From NCBI GenBank assembly GCA_963736125.1, contig CAVTNQ010000002.1:741630-805629 (forward strand): 64,000 nucleotides of DNA, read 5' to 3'. Positions 18,203 through 28,079 of the stretch are shown here, piece by piece. How positions within the stretch are numbered: position 1 is the stretch's first letter; every line of letters begins with the position of its first letter. A program made the translations under genes and the position numbers. This DNA comes from Candidatus Latescibacterota bacterium. Lineage in GTDB: Bacteria > Krumholzibacteriota > Krumholzibacteriia > WVZY01 > JAKEHA01. Under the pieces are notes generated by a model. That model worked only from the letters and a program-made list of their open reading frames with translations, was not told where the DNA came from and searched no databases.

Positions 18203-19627
18203 ATGATCTACACGAAGCTCCTCGGCATCGCCGCCCTGATGGGCGGTATCGGGGCGGGCGCTTCCGCCGCCGCCGCGGACCTCAAGAGCACGCCGGCCAA
18301 CCAGAAGTCGGTCAGCATCACCATCTACAATGACAACCTCGGCCTGGTGAAGGACGTGCGCACGGTCGAACTCAAGACCGGCGTACAGAGCCTGTGGTTC
18401 GAAGGGGTCGCGGCACAGATCGACCCGACGTCGGTCCACATCCGCTCGATCGATGCGCCCAACGCGCTCTCGGTCATCGAGCAGAACTTCGAGTACGACT
18501 TGGTGTCGCCCGAGCGTCTGATGCAGAAGTACATCGGGCAAACCGTCGAGCTCATAACGACGCGCGAGAACAAAGACGACGAGACCGTCCGCGCCAAGTT
18601 GATCGGCACGCAAGGCGGAACCGTCTACGAATTGGAAAACGGCAAGATCGCGATCAACCCGCCGGGTCGCGTGATACTGCCCGAGCTCCCGGCGGGGTTG
18701 ATTTCGGAGCCTTCGCTGGTGTGGTTGCTCGACACCAGCAAGCCCAAGCACACCATCGAGGCTAGCTATCTCACGGGCGGCATCGGCTGGAAGTCGGATT
18801 ACGTCGCCGTGTTGTCGGCCGACGACGCCAAGGCGGATCTGTCGGGTTGGGTGACCATCGACAACCAAAGCGGTGCTACCTACGAGAACGCGTCGTTAAA
18901 GCTGGTCGCGGGCGACGTCCATCGCGCGCAGCCCGAGTACGCGCCGATGGCGACCGGCGACTTGATGGCGGTGCGCGGTATCGCGAAAGAGGCGCAATTC
19001 CAAGAAGAGTCGTTCTTCGAATACCACCTCTACACGCTCGAGCGTCCCGCGACCGTCAAGGATCGACAGACCAAGCAGATCTCGCTCTTGTCGGCCGAAG
19101 GTGCGAAGGTCAAGAAGACCTTCGTCGTGCAGCCGCAGTACTCGTACTGGTTCGCGCGCGCGGCCGATGTCGAGAAGCCCAAGGTCGGCGTTTACGTTTC
19201 GCTCGATAACTCGAAGAAGAACGGCATGGGCATGCCGCTCCCCAAGGGCATCGTGCGCGTGTACAAGAAGGACTCCAAGGGCGATCTCCAATTCATCGGC
19301 GAGGATCGCATCGACCACACGCCCGAAGACGAAACCATTCGCATCAAGATGGGCGACGCCTTCGACGTGATCGCCGAGCGCGTGCAAACCGCCTTCGAGG
19401 TCCTGGCCAGCGGGCACCTGTACCGGTCGTCGTACAAGGTGACGCTTCGCAACCACAAGGCCGAGGACATCACGGTGCAAGTAGTCGAACTCTTGAGCGG
19501 GGACTGGACGATTACGACTTCGTCGTACCCGTTTGACAAGGAAGCCTCGAGCCGAGCGCGCTTCGACGTGCCGGTCAAAGCGAAGGGTTCGGCCGAGCTG
19601 ACGTACACGGCGGAGATCCGTTACTAG
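18203..19627 (+). CDS. DUF4139 domain-containing secreted protein
   Basis: Signal peptide, SITIYNDNLGLVKDVR, EQNFEYDL, SYLTGGIGW, LVAGDV and EYHLYTL. Confidence 0.82.
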   Translation: MIYTKLLGIAALMGGIGAGASAAAADLKSTPANQKSVSITIYNDNLGLVKDVRTVELKTGVQSLWFEGVAAQIDPTSVHIRSIDAPNALSVIEQNFEYDLVSPERLMQKYIGQTVELITTRENKDDETVRAKLIGTQGGTVYELENGKIAINPPGRVILPELPAGLISEPSLVWLLDTSKPKHTIEASYLTGGIGWKSDYVAVLSADDAKADLSGWVTIDNQSGATYENASLKLVAGDVHRAQPEYAPMATGDLMAVRGIAKEAQFQEESFFEYHLYTLERPATVKDRQTKQISLLSAEGAKVKKTFVVQPQYSYWFARAADVEKPKVGVYVSLDNSKKNGMGMPLPKGIVRVYKKDSKGDLQFIGEDRIDHTPEDETIRIKMGDAFDVIAERVQTAFEVLASGHLYRSSYKVTLRNHKAEDITVQVVELLSGDWTITTSSYPFDKEASSRARFDVPVKAKGSAELTYTAEIRY

Positions 19628-19751
19628 GCATCGAAGATCGACGCGTAAGGACGCCTCGATCCGGGCCACATTGGTGTTTACATCCCCGCGCGCGGCGTAT
19701 TAGATTCGCCGCGGATTTCGACCCGCCACGGGATTCACACCAGGGGGCAAC

Positions 19752-20240
19752 TTGGATCAGACCAGCGGCTTGAACGGCAACGCCATCGTCCTTCTCGTCG
19801 GCGCGCTCGGCGTCGTCGGCATCGTCATCGGCGTGTTCGCGCTCGTGCGACTGCGCGCCATCTCGGGCCGGTTCGCGTGGGTGACGGGCAAGGATGCAGC
19901 CGCCGTCGACACGCTGCCCACGTTGTTGGCGGCGGTCGAAGGCAGCCAGCGCGACATCGAGAATCTCCAAACCGAGTTCAAGCTGGCCGCAGTCGAAGCC
20001 CGCACGCACTTCAAGCGCTTGGGCATCGTGCGCTACAACGCGTTCGACGGTGTCGCCGGGCAACAAAGCTATTCGCTGTGCCTGCTCGACGAAAACCAGA
20101 ACGGCATTCTCATCTCGAATCTGGTCGGCACCAACTTCAGTCGCGGCTACGCGGTCGAAGTCAAGTCGGGGGAACCCGCGCGCCCGCTCGGCGAAGAAGA
20201 GAAGGAAGCGCTGGCGACGGCAAAGAAGAACGGGAACTAA
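19752..20240 (+). CDS. DUF4446 family membrane-anchored protein
   Basis: One N-terminal TM, GIVRYNAF..GQQSYSLCLLD..NG and LGEEEKEAL. Confidence 0.8.
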   Translation: MDQTSGLNGNAIVLLVGALGVVGIVIGVFALVRLRAISGRFAWVTGKDAAAVDTLPTLLAAVEGSQRDIENLQTEFKLAAVEARTHFKRLGIVRYNAFDGVAGQQSYSLCLLDENQNGILISNLVGTNFSRGYAVEVKSGEPARPLGEEEKEALATAKKNGN

Positions 20241-20261
20241 TCGTACCGGCCCCGCAGAGAG

Positions 20262-21068
20262 CTACTCCTCCGGCTCTTTCCGCTGCTGCCTGCTGTAGTT
20301 TTCCAGGATGCGCTTTTCCGTGGGTGTGAGGTTCTCGTATCCCTTGGCGGAAATCTTGTCCAGGATCGAGTCGATCTTGCCCGCACCGTCGGGTTCGGCG
20401 CGATGCTTCGGAAATCCGAAGCGCGGTCGCCACGCTGGCCCGCGCTTGCGACGCGTGGTCCAGCCCAGCTTGCGCGCGATCTCGTCGCGAAAGAACGGTA
20501 GACCCGCCACCATACCGCCGATGTGGGCGAAGTAAGCCACACCCGTCTTTCCCGCGACTCCGTTCGCCAGTTGCAGCACCGCGAGTCCGATGACGAGATA
20601 CTTGATTTTGACTGGTATCAAGAAGTAGAGATACACGTACGCGTCGGGGAAGAGCATGGCAGCGGCCAAGTAGAGACCGAATATGGCGCCACTCGCGCCG
20701 ATGACGCCGGCATCGTAGTTGAAGAGCATGTGCATGAGCCCGCCGCCGATGCCGCACACGAAGTAGTAGCGCACGAGGCGCTTGCTCCCCCACGCGCCTT
20801 CCACCATGTTGCCGAGGAAGTACAGCACCACGAGATTGAAGAACAGGTGCCAGAAGCTTCCATGCAGGAACATGTAGGTCACGAGCTGCCACAAGTAGAG
20901 TCGCTCGACGACCAGGCGCGGGGTCAGTGCCAGCCAGGCGTCGACCGCGGGAAACAAATTCTGGACGAAAAACATCGCCACCGTGGCGATGATGATGCGA
21001 CCCACGCCCGAGTCCAGGAAGGACGGGCCCGAGAACGGCGGTTGAGGTCGGTAAGGACGAGAAGTCAT
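20262..21068 (-). CDS. Rhomboid intramembrane serine protease with small C-terminal helical domain
   Basis: WQLVTYMFLHGS.WHLFFN, GASGA, AHIGG and a tail IDSILDKISAKGYENLT..EK.IL. Confidence 0.92.
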   Translation of the reverse strand: MTSRPYRPQPPFSGPSFLDSGVGRIIIATVAMFFVQNLFPAVDAWLALTPRLVVERLYLWQLVTYMFLHGSFWHLFFNLVVLYFLGNMVEGAWGSKRLVRYYFVCGIGGGLMHMLFNYDAGVIGASGAIFGLYLAAAMLFPDAYVYLYFLIPVKIKYLVIGLAVLQLANGVAGKTGVAYFAHIGGMVAGLPFFRDEIARKLGWTTRRKRGPAWRPRFGFPKHRAEPDGAGKIDSILDKISAKGYENLTPTEKRILENYSRQQRKEPEE

Positions 21069-21212
21069 AACGGTTTGGCGGCGCGTGTGCCCTCGTCAAC
21101 ATAAGCCCACAGGCGCGCCCAGGGCAAGCATCGCCCCGGTGCTGCAGCACGCATGTAAGGGGGGCGCCTCGAGCCCGTCCAAACCAGTGCGAAAAAGGGG
21201 TTCGAAAGAATC

Positions 21213-21241
21213 TTTACAGAGGCGCGGAGCCCGATGATAAT
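21213..21241 (+). promoter_or_regulatory. sigma70-type promoter of trxA
   Basis: TTTACA-17 nt-GATAAT. Confidence 0.55.
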
Positions 21242-21318
21242 CCGTCGACCCCGGGGAGGCGTGTGACTGACCGTCTCCTCGCCATCTTGAGAATGACAAC
21301 ACGTTCGAGGAGGAATTG

Positions 21319-21654
21319 ATGTCCCAGGAATTCGAGTTTACCGACGCCAACTTCGACCAGGAGGTCCTCAAAGCGGACCGCCCCGTGCTCGTCGACTTTT
21401 GGGCGCCTTGGTGCGGTCCCTGCCGCGCCATTGCACCCATCGTGGCCGAGATTTCGTCGGAGTACGCAGGCAAGTTGAAGGTCGGTAAGGTCAACACCGA
21501 CGACAACCAAGGGATCGCCGTGCGCTATGGAATCATGAGCATTCCGACCATATTGATCTTCAAGAACGGCGAGCCGGTCGACCAGATCGTCGGTGTGGGC
21601 AGCCAGCCCAAGAAAACCCTGACCACCAAGATCAACGCGATACTGGCCAGCTAG
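21319..21654 (+). CDS. trxA: Thioredoxin
   Basis: [11 protein letters not shown] and SIPT, with SD GAGGAGG. Confidence 0.96.
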   Translation: MSQEFEFTDANFDQEVLKADRPVLVDFWAPWCGPCRAIAPIVAEISSEYAGKLKVGKVNTDDNQGIAVRYGIMSIPTILIFKNGEPVDQIVGVGSQPKKTLTTKINAILAS

Positions 21655-21677
21655 ACGTCCCGGCATCTTCGCCTCGC

Positions 21678-21709
21678 AAAGGCCGGTCCCGTTGGGGCCG
21701 GCCTTTTTT
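21678..21709 (+). terminator. Rho-independent terminator after trxA
   Basis: AAAGGCCGGTCCC-GTT-GGGGCCGGCCTTTTTT. Confidence 0.88.
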
Positions 21710-21750
21710 GCTTAGCCGGCGCGGCGTGGAACTTGCAACGACCGCGGTCT

Positions 21751-23442
21751 ATGCCCCGCCTGTACCTCGTCGTTCTCTCGAGCGTCCTCGTCGCCGCGTC
21801 GCTTTCCTGCGGATCGACCGACGAGCGCACCGCGCGCAGCACCACCGTGACCGCGGATTCGTCGCGCGGCCCCGTCTCGGGAGGTCGCATCATCATCGGC
21901 GTCCAGCAGGAGCCCGAGATGTTGAGCGAGATTCTCAACTCGATGGCGACCAACAACATGGTCTGCAACTTGATCTTCTCCAAGTTCGTCAAGTACGACG
22001 ACCATTTCCAGTTGATTCCGGATCTGATCCGCGTGATTCCGACGGTGGAAAACGGCGGGATCTCGGCGGACCATCTCACGTACACGTACCACCTGCGTTC
22101 GGGGGTGCGTTGGCACGACGGCGAGCCGCTCACGAGTCGCGACGTTCGCTTCACGTTCGACGTCATCATGGATCCGAAGGTCAACGTCGAGTCGCGCGAA
22201 GGCTGGGAGGCGGTGTCGTCGCTGGACACGCCCGACGACACGACGGTGGTCTTCCACCTCCAGCGGCCCTATCCCGACTTCGTGGGCGAGACCTTCTTCG
22301 ACGAACCCGTCCTGCCGGAGCATCTCCTGCGCAACGAGACGGGGGAACGCTTCCACGCCTCGCGGTTCCATCGCGCGCCGGTGGGTTCGGGGCCGTTCAA
22401 GTTCAAGAGTTGGACGCCGGGCTCGTACCTGGAGTTGGTCGCCAATCCCGACTACTACGGTGAGGGGCCCTATCTCGACTCGATCATTTTCAAGTTCATT
22501 CCCAACGAGAACACCCTCTTGGTGCAGCTCAAGACGGGTGAGATCGACGCGTTCGACAACGCGAACATCACCTTCATGTCGCAGCTCGACGCGATCCCGG
22601 GTGTTCGCATCTACCGCACGCCGATGCTCATGTACGAACACCTGGACCTGAACACCGAGAACCCGATTCTCGCGGACCGGCGCGTGCGGCGCGCGTTGAG
22701 CTTCGCGACCAACAAAGACGAGATCGCCGAGCGAATCTACAACGGGCTGGTGGTGGCGGCACCGCTGGACGAATTCGACAAGTCGAGCTACTACTCGGCT
22801 TCGGCGGCCGCGCGGGCGACGTTCGACCCCGCGGCGGCGCGACGATTGCTGCTCGAGGCGGGGTGGAAGGACAGCGACGGCGACGGCATCGTCGAGCGCG
22901 ACGGCAAGCCGCTCAAGTTGTTCCTCACCGCTAGTGCCGGACAACCCAACCGCGAGCGCACCGAGCTCGTGCTGCGCGAGCAGTACCGTGCGATCGGCGT
23001 CGACGTGGAGATCCGCAATTACGGTCCCACGGTGCTTTACGGGACCTACGAAGACGGCGGCATCCTGAAGCGCGGATCGTTCGACATCGCGATGTACGCG
23101 TGGCTCTCCACACCGGAGCCGTCGCGACGAGAGGCGCTCTACTCCGCCACCAGCGTTCCGCCGCAAGGCCAGAATCACCCGCGCTTCCGCAACGAAGAAC
23201 TCACGCGCCTGCTCGAGCAGGGCAGCACCGAAACCGACCCGGCCAAGCGCGAGGCAATCTATCAGCGCGTGCAAGAAATTCTGGTCGACGAAGCTCCCGT
23301 CATCCCGCTGTTCTGGTACACGGCGATCGACCCGGTCACCGAGCGCCTGCAGAACTTCCGCCCCAACGCGACGCAGTCCGCCGATACGTGGAACGCGTCG
23401 ACGTGGTACCTCAGCAACGGCCCACAAGTCTCCGCGCGGTGA
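21751..23442 (+). CDS. Peptide ABC transporter substrate-binding lipoprotein (SBP family 5)
   Basis: Lipobox SLSC, YTYHLRSGVRWHDGEPLTSRDV, PVGSGPF and D.RVRRAL. Confidence 0.92.
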   Translation: MPRLYLVVLSSVLVAASLSCGSTDERTARSTTVTADSSRGPVSGGRIIIGVQQEPEMLSEILNSMATNNMVCNLIFSKFVKYDDHFQLIPDLIRVIPTVENGGISADHLTYTYHLRSGVRWHDGEPLTSRDVRFTFDVIMDPKVNVESREGWEAVSSLDTPDDTTVVFHLQRPYPDFVGETFFDEPVLPEHLLRNETGERFHASRFHRAPVGSGPFKFKSWTPGSYLELVANPDYYGEGPYLDSIIFKFIPNENTLLVQLKTGEIDAFDNANITFMSQLDAIPGVRIYRTPMLMYEHLDLNTENPILADRRVRRALSFATNKDEIAERIYNGLVVAAPLDEFDKSSYYSASAAARATFDPAAARRLLLEAGWKDSDGDGIVERDGKPLKLFLTASAGQPNRERTELVLREQYRAIGVDVEIRNYGPTVLYGTYEDGGILKRGSFDIAMYAWLSTPEPSRREALYSATSVPPQGQNHPRFRNEELTRLLEQGSTETDPAKREAIYQRVQEILVDEAPVIPLFWYTAIDPVTERLQNFRPNATQSADTWNASTWYLSNGPQVSAR

Positions 23443-23562
23443 CCCGCCCGCGGCTGCGCGCGGCGACGCAAGTTGGTACAAAACTCGCACTTCCGCAGAG
23501 GATCCCCGGCACTCGGCCGCGGCGGAGTAGGTTAATCGAGTCTATTACATAGGGTTAAATCG

Positions 23563-24522
23563 ATGCTTCGGTTCTTCCTAAAGCGCACGATTGCGATCAT
23601 CCCGCTCGTACTGCTGGTTTCGCTCATCTGTTTTGCATTGATGCAGGCGACTCCAGGTGGGCCGGTCGGAATGCTCTCGGGGAACCCCATGGTGGGACCC
23701 GAGGATGTCGCGCGCATTCGCGCCAATTTCGGCTTCGATCAACCCGTGATTGTGCAGTACGGGATGTGGCTCAAGCGCATCCTGGTGCATGGCGACTTCG
23801 GACACTCCTACGTCACCGGCGAGCCGGTCATCGAGATGATCTGGCAGCGCCTGCCCGCGACCCTCGAGCTGATGGGGGCCGCGTTCTTGCTGGCGTTCTT
23901 GTTCGGCCTCTCCGGCGGCATCGTCGCGGCACTCAAGCGCTACACCAAGTTCGACTCGGTCATCATGATGGTGACATTGTTCGGCATTTCAATTCCCGTG
24001 TTCTGGCTGGGACTCATGTCGATGATGTTGTTCACGGTGAAGTGGCGGCTCTTGCCTTCGGCGGGCATGTTCGCGCTCGGAGTTCCGTTCTCCGTGCTCG
24101 ATCACTTGCGACACTTGCTGATGCCGTCGCTCGTGCTGTCGCTATTGTTCATCGCGAGCTGGAGTCGCTACATGCGCGCGAGTCTTTCCGACGTGCTGGC
24201 CATGAACTATATCAACGTCGCGCGCGCCAAGGGCGCCTCGCGCGGCTCCGTGGTGTTTCGCCATGCGGTGCGCAACGCCGCCATTCCCGTGCTGACGGTG
24301 ATCGCGCTCAATCTTCCCGCGCTCTTCACCGGGTCGATCATTACGGAGACGATTTTCGCTTGGCCCGGCATGGGGCGCCTGTTCTACGACGGGTTGCTTC
24401 GCCAGGACTACACGCGCCTGATGGGTATCATCTTCATCGCGTCGGCACTCATTGCAATCTTGAACCTGGTTGCGGATACGATCTATGGCCTTCTTGACCC
24501 CCGTATTAGACTCGCCCGCTAA
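23563..24522 (+). CDS. Peptide ABC transporter permease (OppB/AppB family)
   Basis: PGGP, GDFGHSY, RLPATLEL, YINVARAKG and ETIFAWPGMG. Confidence 0.93.
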   Translation: MLRFFLKRTIAIIPLVLLVSLICFALMQATPGGPVGMLSGNPMVGPEDVARIRANFGFDQPVIVQYGMWLKRILVHGDFGHSYVTGEPVIEMIWQRLPATLELMGAAFLLAFLFGLSGGIVAALKRYTKFDSVIMMVTLFGISIPVFWLGLMSMMLFTVKWRLLPSAGMFALGVPFSVLDHLRHLLMPSLVLSLLFIASWSRYMRASLSDVLAMNYINVARAKGASRGSVVFRHAVRNAAIPVLTVIALNLPALFTGSIITETIFAWPGMGRLFYDGLLRQDYTRLMGIIFIASALIAILNLVADTIYGLLDPRIRLAR

Positions 24523-25456
24523 GGCTGGCCGCCGCGCGGTGGTCGTGCAAACGGTGCACCCGTTGCGCGACACGCTTCGTTCCGCCCCCACGCGCGCGAC
24601 GGGCGGCGGCGAGCGCAACTACTTCAGCTCGGTGCTGAAGCGCAGTCCCCTGGCGTACACCGCCTTCATCGTGATGAGCCTGATCGTCCTGGGAGCGGTG
24701 TTCGCGCCCTTGATGAGCCCGTACCACAAGGACAAGATCGACCTCACGCGCCAATACTTAGCACCCTCGCTCGACCATCCCTTCGGGACCGACGATCTCG
24801 GACGCGACATCTTCGTGCGCGTCATGCACGGGGGGCGTATCTCGCTCGCGGTTGGTTTTCTGGCGATGCTCGTGGCCCTCGTGATCGGAGTGGCGGCGGG
24901 CGGTGTTGCGGGTTACTACGGCGGTTGGGTCGACGCCGTGCTCATGCGCACGGTCGATCTGATGCTCGCTGTTCCCGTATTCTTCGTCATTCTGTTCCTG
25001 TCGAGTGTCGTCTCGCCGAAGATTTCTATTCCCGCCGTGTGCTTGATGATCGGCGGTACGCAATGGATGGAAGTCGCACGGCTGGTGCGAGCGGTCGTGA
25101 TGTCGACCAAGGAGCACGAGTTCGTCGACGCCGCTCGAACCCTCGGCCTTCCGGATCGGCGCATTATCGTGCGCCACCTCTTGCCCCACACGACCGCACC
25201 GGTGCTAGTCGCCGTGACGCTCGGCCTGGCCCAGGCGATCATCATCGAAAGCGGTCTGTCGTTCCTGGGTTTTGGCGTGCAGCCGCCGACGCCGAGTTGG
25301 GGTGCGATGCTGCAAAATGCGCAGAGCTATTTGAGCGATTGCCCGTGGATCGCCGTCTTCCCCGGTCTCATGATCTGTCTCACCGTCGTGTGCTGTAACG
25401 TGCTCGCCGACTTTCTCGGCGAGGCGATGAGCCCCGCGCGACGCGCCGTGCGCTAG
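24485..25456 (+). CDS. Peptide ABC transporter permease (OppC/AppC family)
   Basis: HPFGTDDLGRD, EFVDAAR and ESGLSFLGFGVQPPTPSWG. Start uncertain (alternative GTG at 24539). Confidence 0.88.
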   Translation: MAFLTPVLDSPAKAGRRAVVVQTVHPLRDTLRSAPTRATGGGERNYFSSVLKRSPLAYTAFIVMSLIVLGAVFAPLMSPYHKDKIDLTRQYLAPSLDHPFGTDDLGRDIFVRVMHGGRISLAVGFLAMLVALVIGVAAGGVAGYYGGWVDAVLMRTVDLMLAVPVFFVILFLSSVVSPKISIPAVCLMIGGTQWMEVARLVRAVVMSTKEHEFVDAARTLGLPDRRIIVRHLLPHTTAPVLVAVTLGLAQAIIIESGLSFLGFGVQPPTPSWGAMLQNAQSYLSDCPWIAVFPGLMICLTVVCCNVLADFLGEAMSPARRAVR

Positions 25457-25576
25457 CAAACCCCGCGAATTCCAATTGCTGTCCCACCCGGCGTAAAGTA
25501 TCCTTCACCGGCTCGACGCGCTATCTCATTTGACACAAGCGTATTACGCCCCAGTGGGCGCGTCGATCGGCACCCC

Positions 25577-26320
25577 ATGAGCTCCTTGACGCTGGTCATA
25601 TTGTTTTCGCTGCTCGCAGCCGGTGCAACGCTGGCGGGCGGCATGGCGGCGACGCTGCCGGGCCGACTGAGTCATCGGCAGCTCAGCCACATCATCGCGT
25701 TCGGCGCCGGGTATATCCTCGCGGCGGCCCTCGTCAGCTTGCTCCCCGAGAGCCTCGAGCTCGTCGCGACCGCGCCGCTGTGGATACTCGCGGGGTACGC
25801 CCTTGCGCACTTGTTCGAACACACCTTTACGTCGCATTTTCACTTCGGCGAAGAAACGCACCACGAGCACGCAATCGCGCCCGGGGTCAGCACGACGGCC
25901 TTGGTGGGCCTCTCGCTGCACGCGTTCTTCGACGGCGTCGCCATCTCGTCGGGATTTCTGGTGACACCGACGCTGGGCGTGCTGATCGCCTTGGCGGTGG
26001 TACTGCACAAGGTCCCCGAAGGCGTCACGATTTCGTCGCTGATGCTGGCCTCGGGGCGCAATCGTCGCAGCGCCCGCCAAGCCGCGATGCTCCTGGCGGC
26101 TGCCACGCTCGCGGGTGCGGCGCTGATGTCGGTCTTGGGAGAGGGGCTAAAGGGGATCGGGCTGGCCCTCTCGTGCGGCATCGCGCTCTACGTCGCTGCC
26201 ACCGACCTGATGCCCGAGATCAATCAGCATCCGGAAGGACGCTACTCCTTGAGTGCGCTGACCGGTGTGCTGTTATACTTCGGTGTTTACGCGATCATGG
26301 GTCGCGTGGGGTTGAACTAG
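25577..26320 (+). CDS. ZIP family divalent metal transporter
   Basis: His-rich loop HFHFGEETHHEH, LHAFFDG, LHKVPEG and LYVAATDLMPE. Confidence 0.9.
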   Translation: MSSLTLVILFSLLAAGATLAGGMAATLPGRLSHRQLSHIIAFGAGYILAAALVSLLPESLELVATAPLWILAGYALAHLFEHTFTSHFHFGEETHHEHAIAPGVSTTALVGLSLHAFFDGVAISSGFLVTPTLGVLIALAVVLHKVPEGVTISSLMLASGRNRRSARQAAMLLAAATLAGAALMSVLGEGLKGIGLALSCGIALYVAATDLMPEINQHPEGRYSLSALTGVLLYFGVYAIMGRVGLN

Positions 26321-26322
26321 AA

Positions 26323-26655
26323 ATGGCAAGCTCCGACTACATCGTCGTGCTCATCACGGCGCCGACCATGGCCGACGCCCGGCGCATCGCGCGCGCCCTG
26401 GTCGAGGAACGTTTCGCGGCTTGCGTGAACCTGTTGCCCGAATGTCGGAGCGTCTATCGGTGGGAGGACGACGTGGTGGAAGAGTCGGAAGCGATGATGG
26501 TAGTCAAGACGGCGCGCGAGCTCTTTCCGGCGCTGGCGAAGCGGGTGGCGGAGATTCACCCCTACGCCGTCCCCGAGGTAGTGGGGCTACCTTTGGTGGA
26601 AGTGGCCGAGCGCTATCGGCATTTCCTGGCCGACGGCGTCCGGCGGGACGGATAG
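26323..26655 (+). CDS. cutA: Divalent-cation tolerance protein CutA
   Basis: LVEERFAACVN, SVYRWE and HPYAVPEV. Confidence 0.92.
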   Translation: MASSDYIVVLITAPTMADARRIARALVEERFAACVNLLPECRSVYRWEDDVVEESEAMMVVKTARELFPALAKRVAEIHPYAVPEVVGLPLVEVAERYRHFLADGVRRDG

Positions 26656-26658
26656 GTG

Positions 26659-27135
26659 CTAGACCAGCGACGACGTGGCCGATACCGCCGCGTCGACCAG
26701 AGTTCCGAACACCGCGCCGACCGTCGTGATGAAGGCCCGGCCCAGAGTCGCAGCGACCTTCGCGGTCCGCTTGACGGTATCGACGGGGGTCGACACCGAG
26801 TCAGCGTGCTTCACGGCCTCACCGCGAATATGGATCACGCGGGTCATGTGGAACGCTTCGGTGGGGACGTCGACTTCGATCGAAATGGGTGCGACCGACG
26901 CGACCGTCTTGCACACGGGAGCCGTCGAATCCACCGTCTTGCACACGAACACTTTGTCGTCGATCGCGCCCTTGGGAACCGTACCGGCAGCGTTCACCGC
27001 GTACACGGTGACCTCTTTGGAGGTTCTCGCGGCCGCGTCGGCGTGGGTCGACCGAGCCTTGTTGCACGCATATACGTATGAATAGGACCCGATCAGGATC
27101 GTTCCAACCGATGCAGCTATTACCAAGTTCTTCAT
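26659..27135 (-). CDS. Hypothetical secreted protein with an internal VCKTV repeat
   Basis: Strong SD (AAGGAGGGG) before ATG 27135 and a signal-peptide-like N-terminus ending VYA-C. It fills a gap between + strand genes. Confidence 0.65.
   Translation of the reverse strand: MKNLVIAASVGTILIGSYSYVYACNKARSTHADAAARTSKEVTVYAVNAAGTVPKGAIDDKVFVCKTVDSTAPVCKTVASVAPISIEVDVPTEAFHMTRVIHIRGEAVKHADSVSTPVDTVKRTAKVAATLGRAFITTVGAVFGTLVDAAVSATSSLV
26903..26947. repeat. 15-bp direct repeat, 30-bp period
   Basis: ACCGTCTTGCACACG at 26903-26917 and 26933-26947, encoding VCKTV twice on the - strand. Confidence 0.85.
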
Positions 27136-27256
27136 ATCACCCCTCCTTGAGCACTTCATACGCGGGTCCGGGGAGGCCGGTTCCCGATGATCTTCGATGT
27201 ATGCCCCTTAGACGCCGGTTGCGTACAAAGCGTTGCAATTTTCTCCGGGGTGCGCG

Positions 27257-28075
27257 ATGAATCTGCCCACTTTCGGGGTCGCGTTGAGCGGGGGAACGGC
27301 GAAATCCGTCACGCATGTCGGCGTGGTCAAGGCTCTCGTCGAAGCCGGCATACCCATTTCGTACGTAGCTGGAACCAGTGGTGGCAGCATCGTCGGAACA
27401 ATGTACGCGTCCGGGATGCCGATCTCGACCATGGAAGCAGTCGCCTCCAACATGAGCTGGCGCAAGCTCGTCAGCATTCGTCTGACGCGGCTCGGATTCA
27501 TCTCGAGTCAACGCATCGAAGACTTCGTGAAGGAGACCATCGGCAGCCTTCACTTCGAGGACCTCTCCGTGCCGTGTGGTGTCGTCGCCACCAACCTGCT
27601 CACGGGGGACCGCAAGGTGTTTCGCACCGGCCCCGTCGCGCGCGCCGTGCGCGCGAGCTGCAGCATTCCGCAGATCTACCTGCCGGTCGAGATCGACGGC
27701 GAGTATTTCGTCGACGGCGGTCTCTCGCAGTACTTGCCGGTCGAGACGGCGCAAGAGATGGGCGCCGAGTTCGTGATGGCGTCGCACTTGGCACCCGTCG
27801 ACCCCACGTACCGCCGCCCGCAAAACATCCTCCAGCTCGTGGTGCAAGTAACGGGCTTGATGGCGCGCAAGAATTTTCCGATCTCGGAGGCGAAGGCGAA
27901 CTTCGTCGTGCATCCCAACGTCGATGCGTACAGCTCGTTCGACTTCGAGCACGCGGCCGAGATGATCGAAATCGGCTACGACGCGACGCGGCGCGTGATC
28001 GCAGACCTCAAGACGAAGTGGGAAGGATCGGGGAGTTTGGGTCAGCGCATCGCGCGTAAGTTCACCGGGGAGTAA
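27257..28075 (+). CDS. Patatin-like phospholipase (RssA/NTE type)
   Basis: ALSGGTAK..HVGV, GTSGG nucleophile motif, ASCSIP and VDGG. Confidence 0.9.
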   Translation: MNLPTFGVALSGGTAKSVTHVGVVKALVEAGIPISYVAGTSGGSIVGTMYASGMPISTMEAVASNMSWRKLVSIRLTRLGFISSQRIEDFVKETIGSLHFEDLSVPCGVVATNLLTGDRKVFRTGPVARAVRASCSIPQIYLPVEIDGEYFVDGGLSQYLPVETAQEMGAEFVMASHLAPVDPTYRRPQNILQLVVQVTGLMARKNFPISEAKANFVVHPNVDAYSSFDFEHAAEMIEIGYDATRRVIADLKTKWEGSGSLGQRIARKFTGE

Positions 28076-28079
28076 TCGC

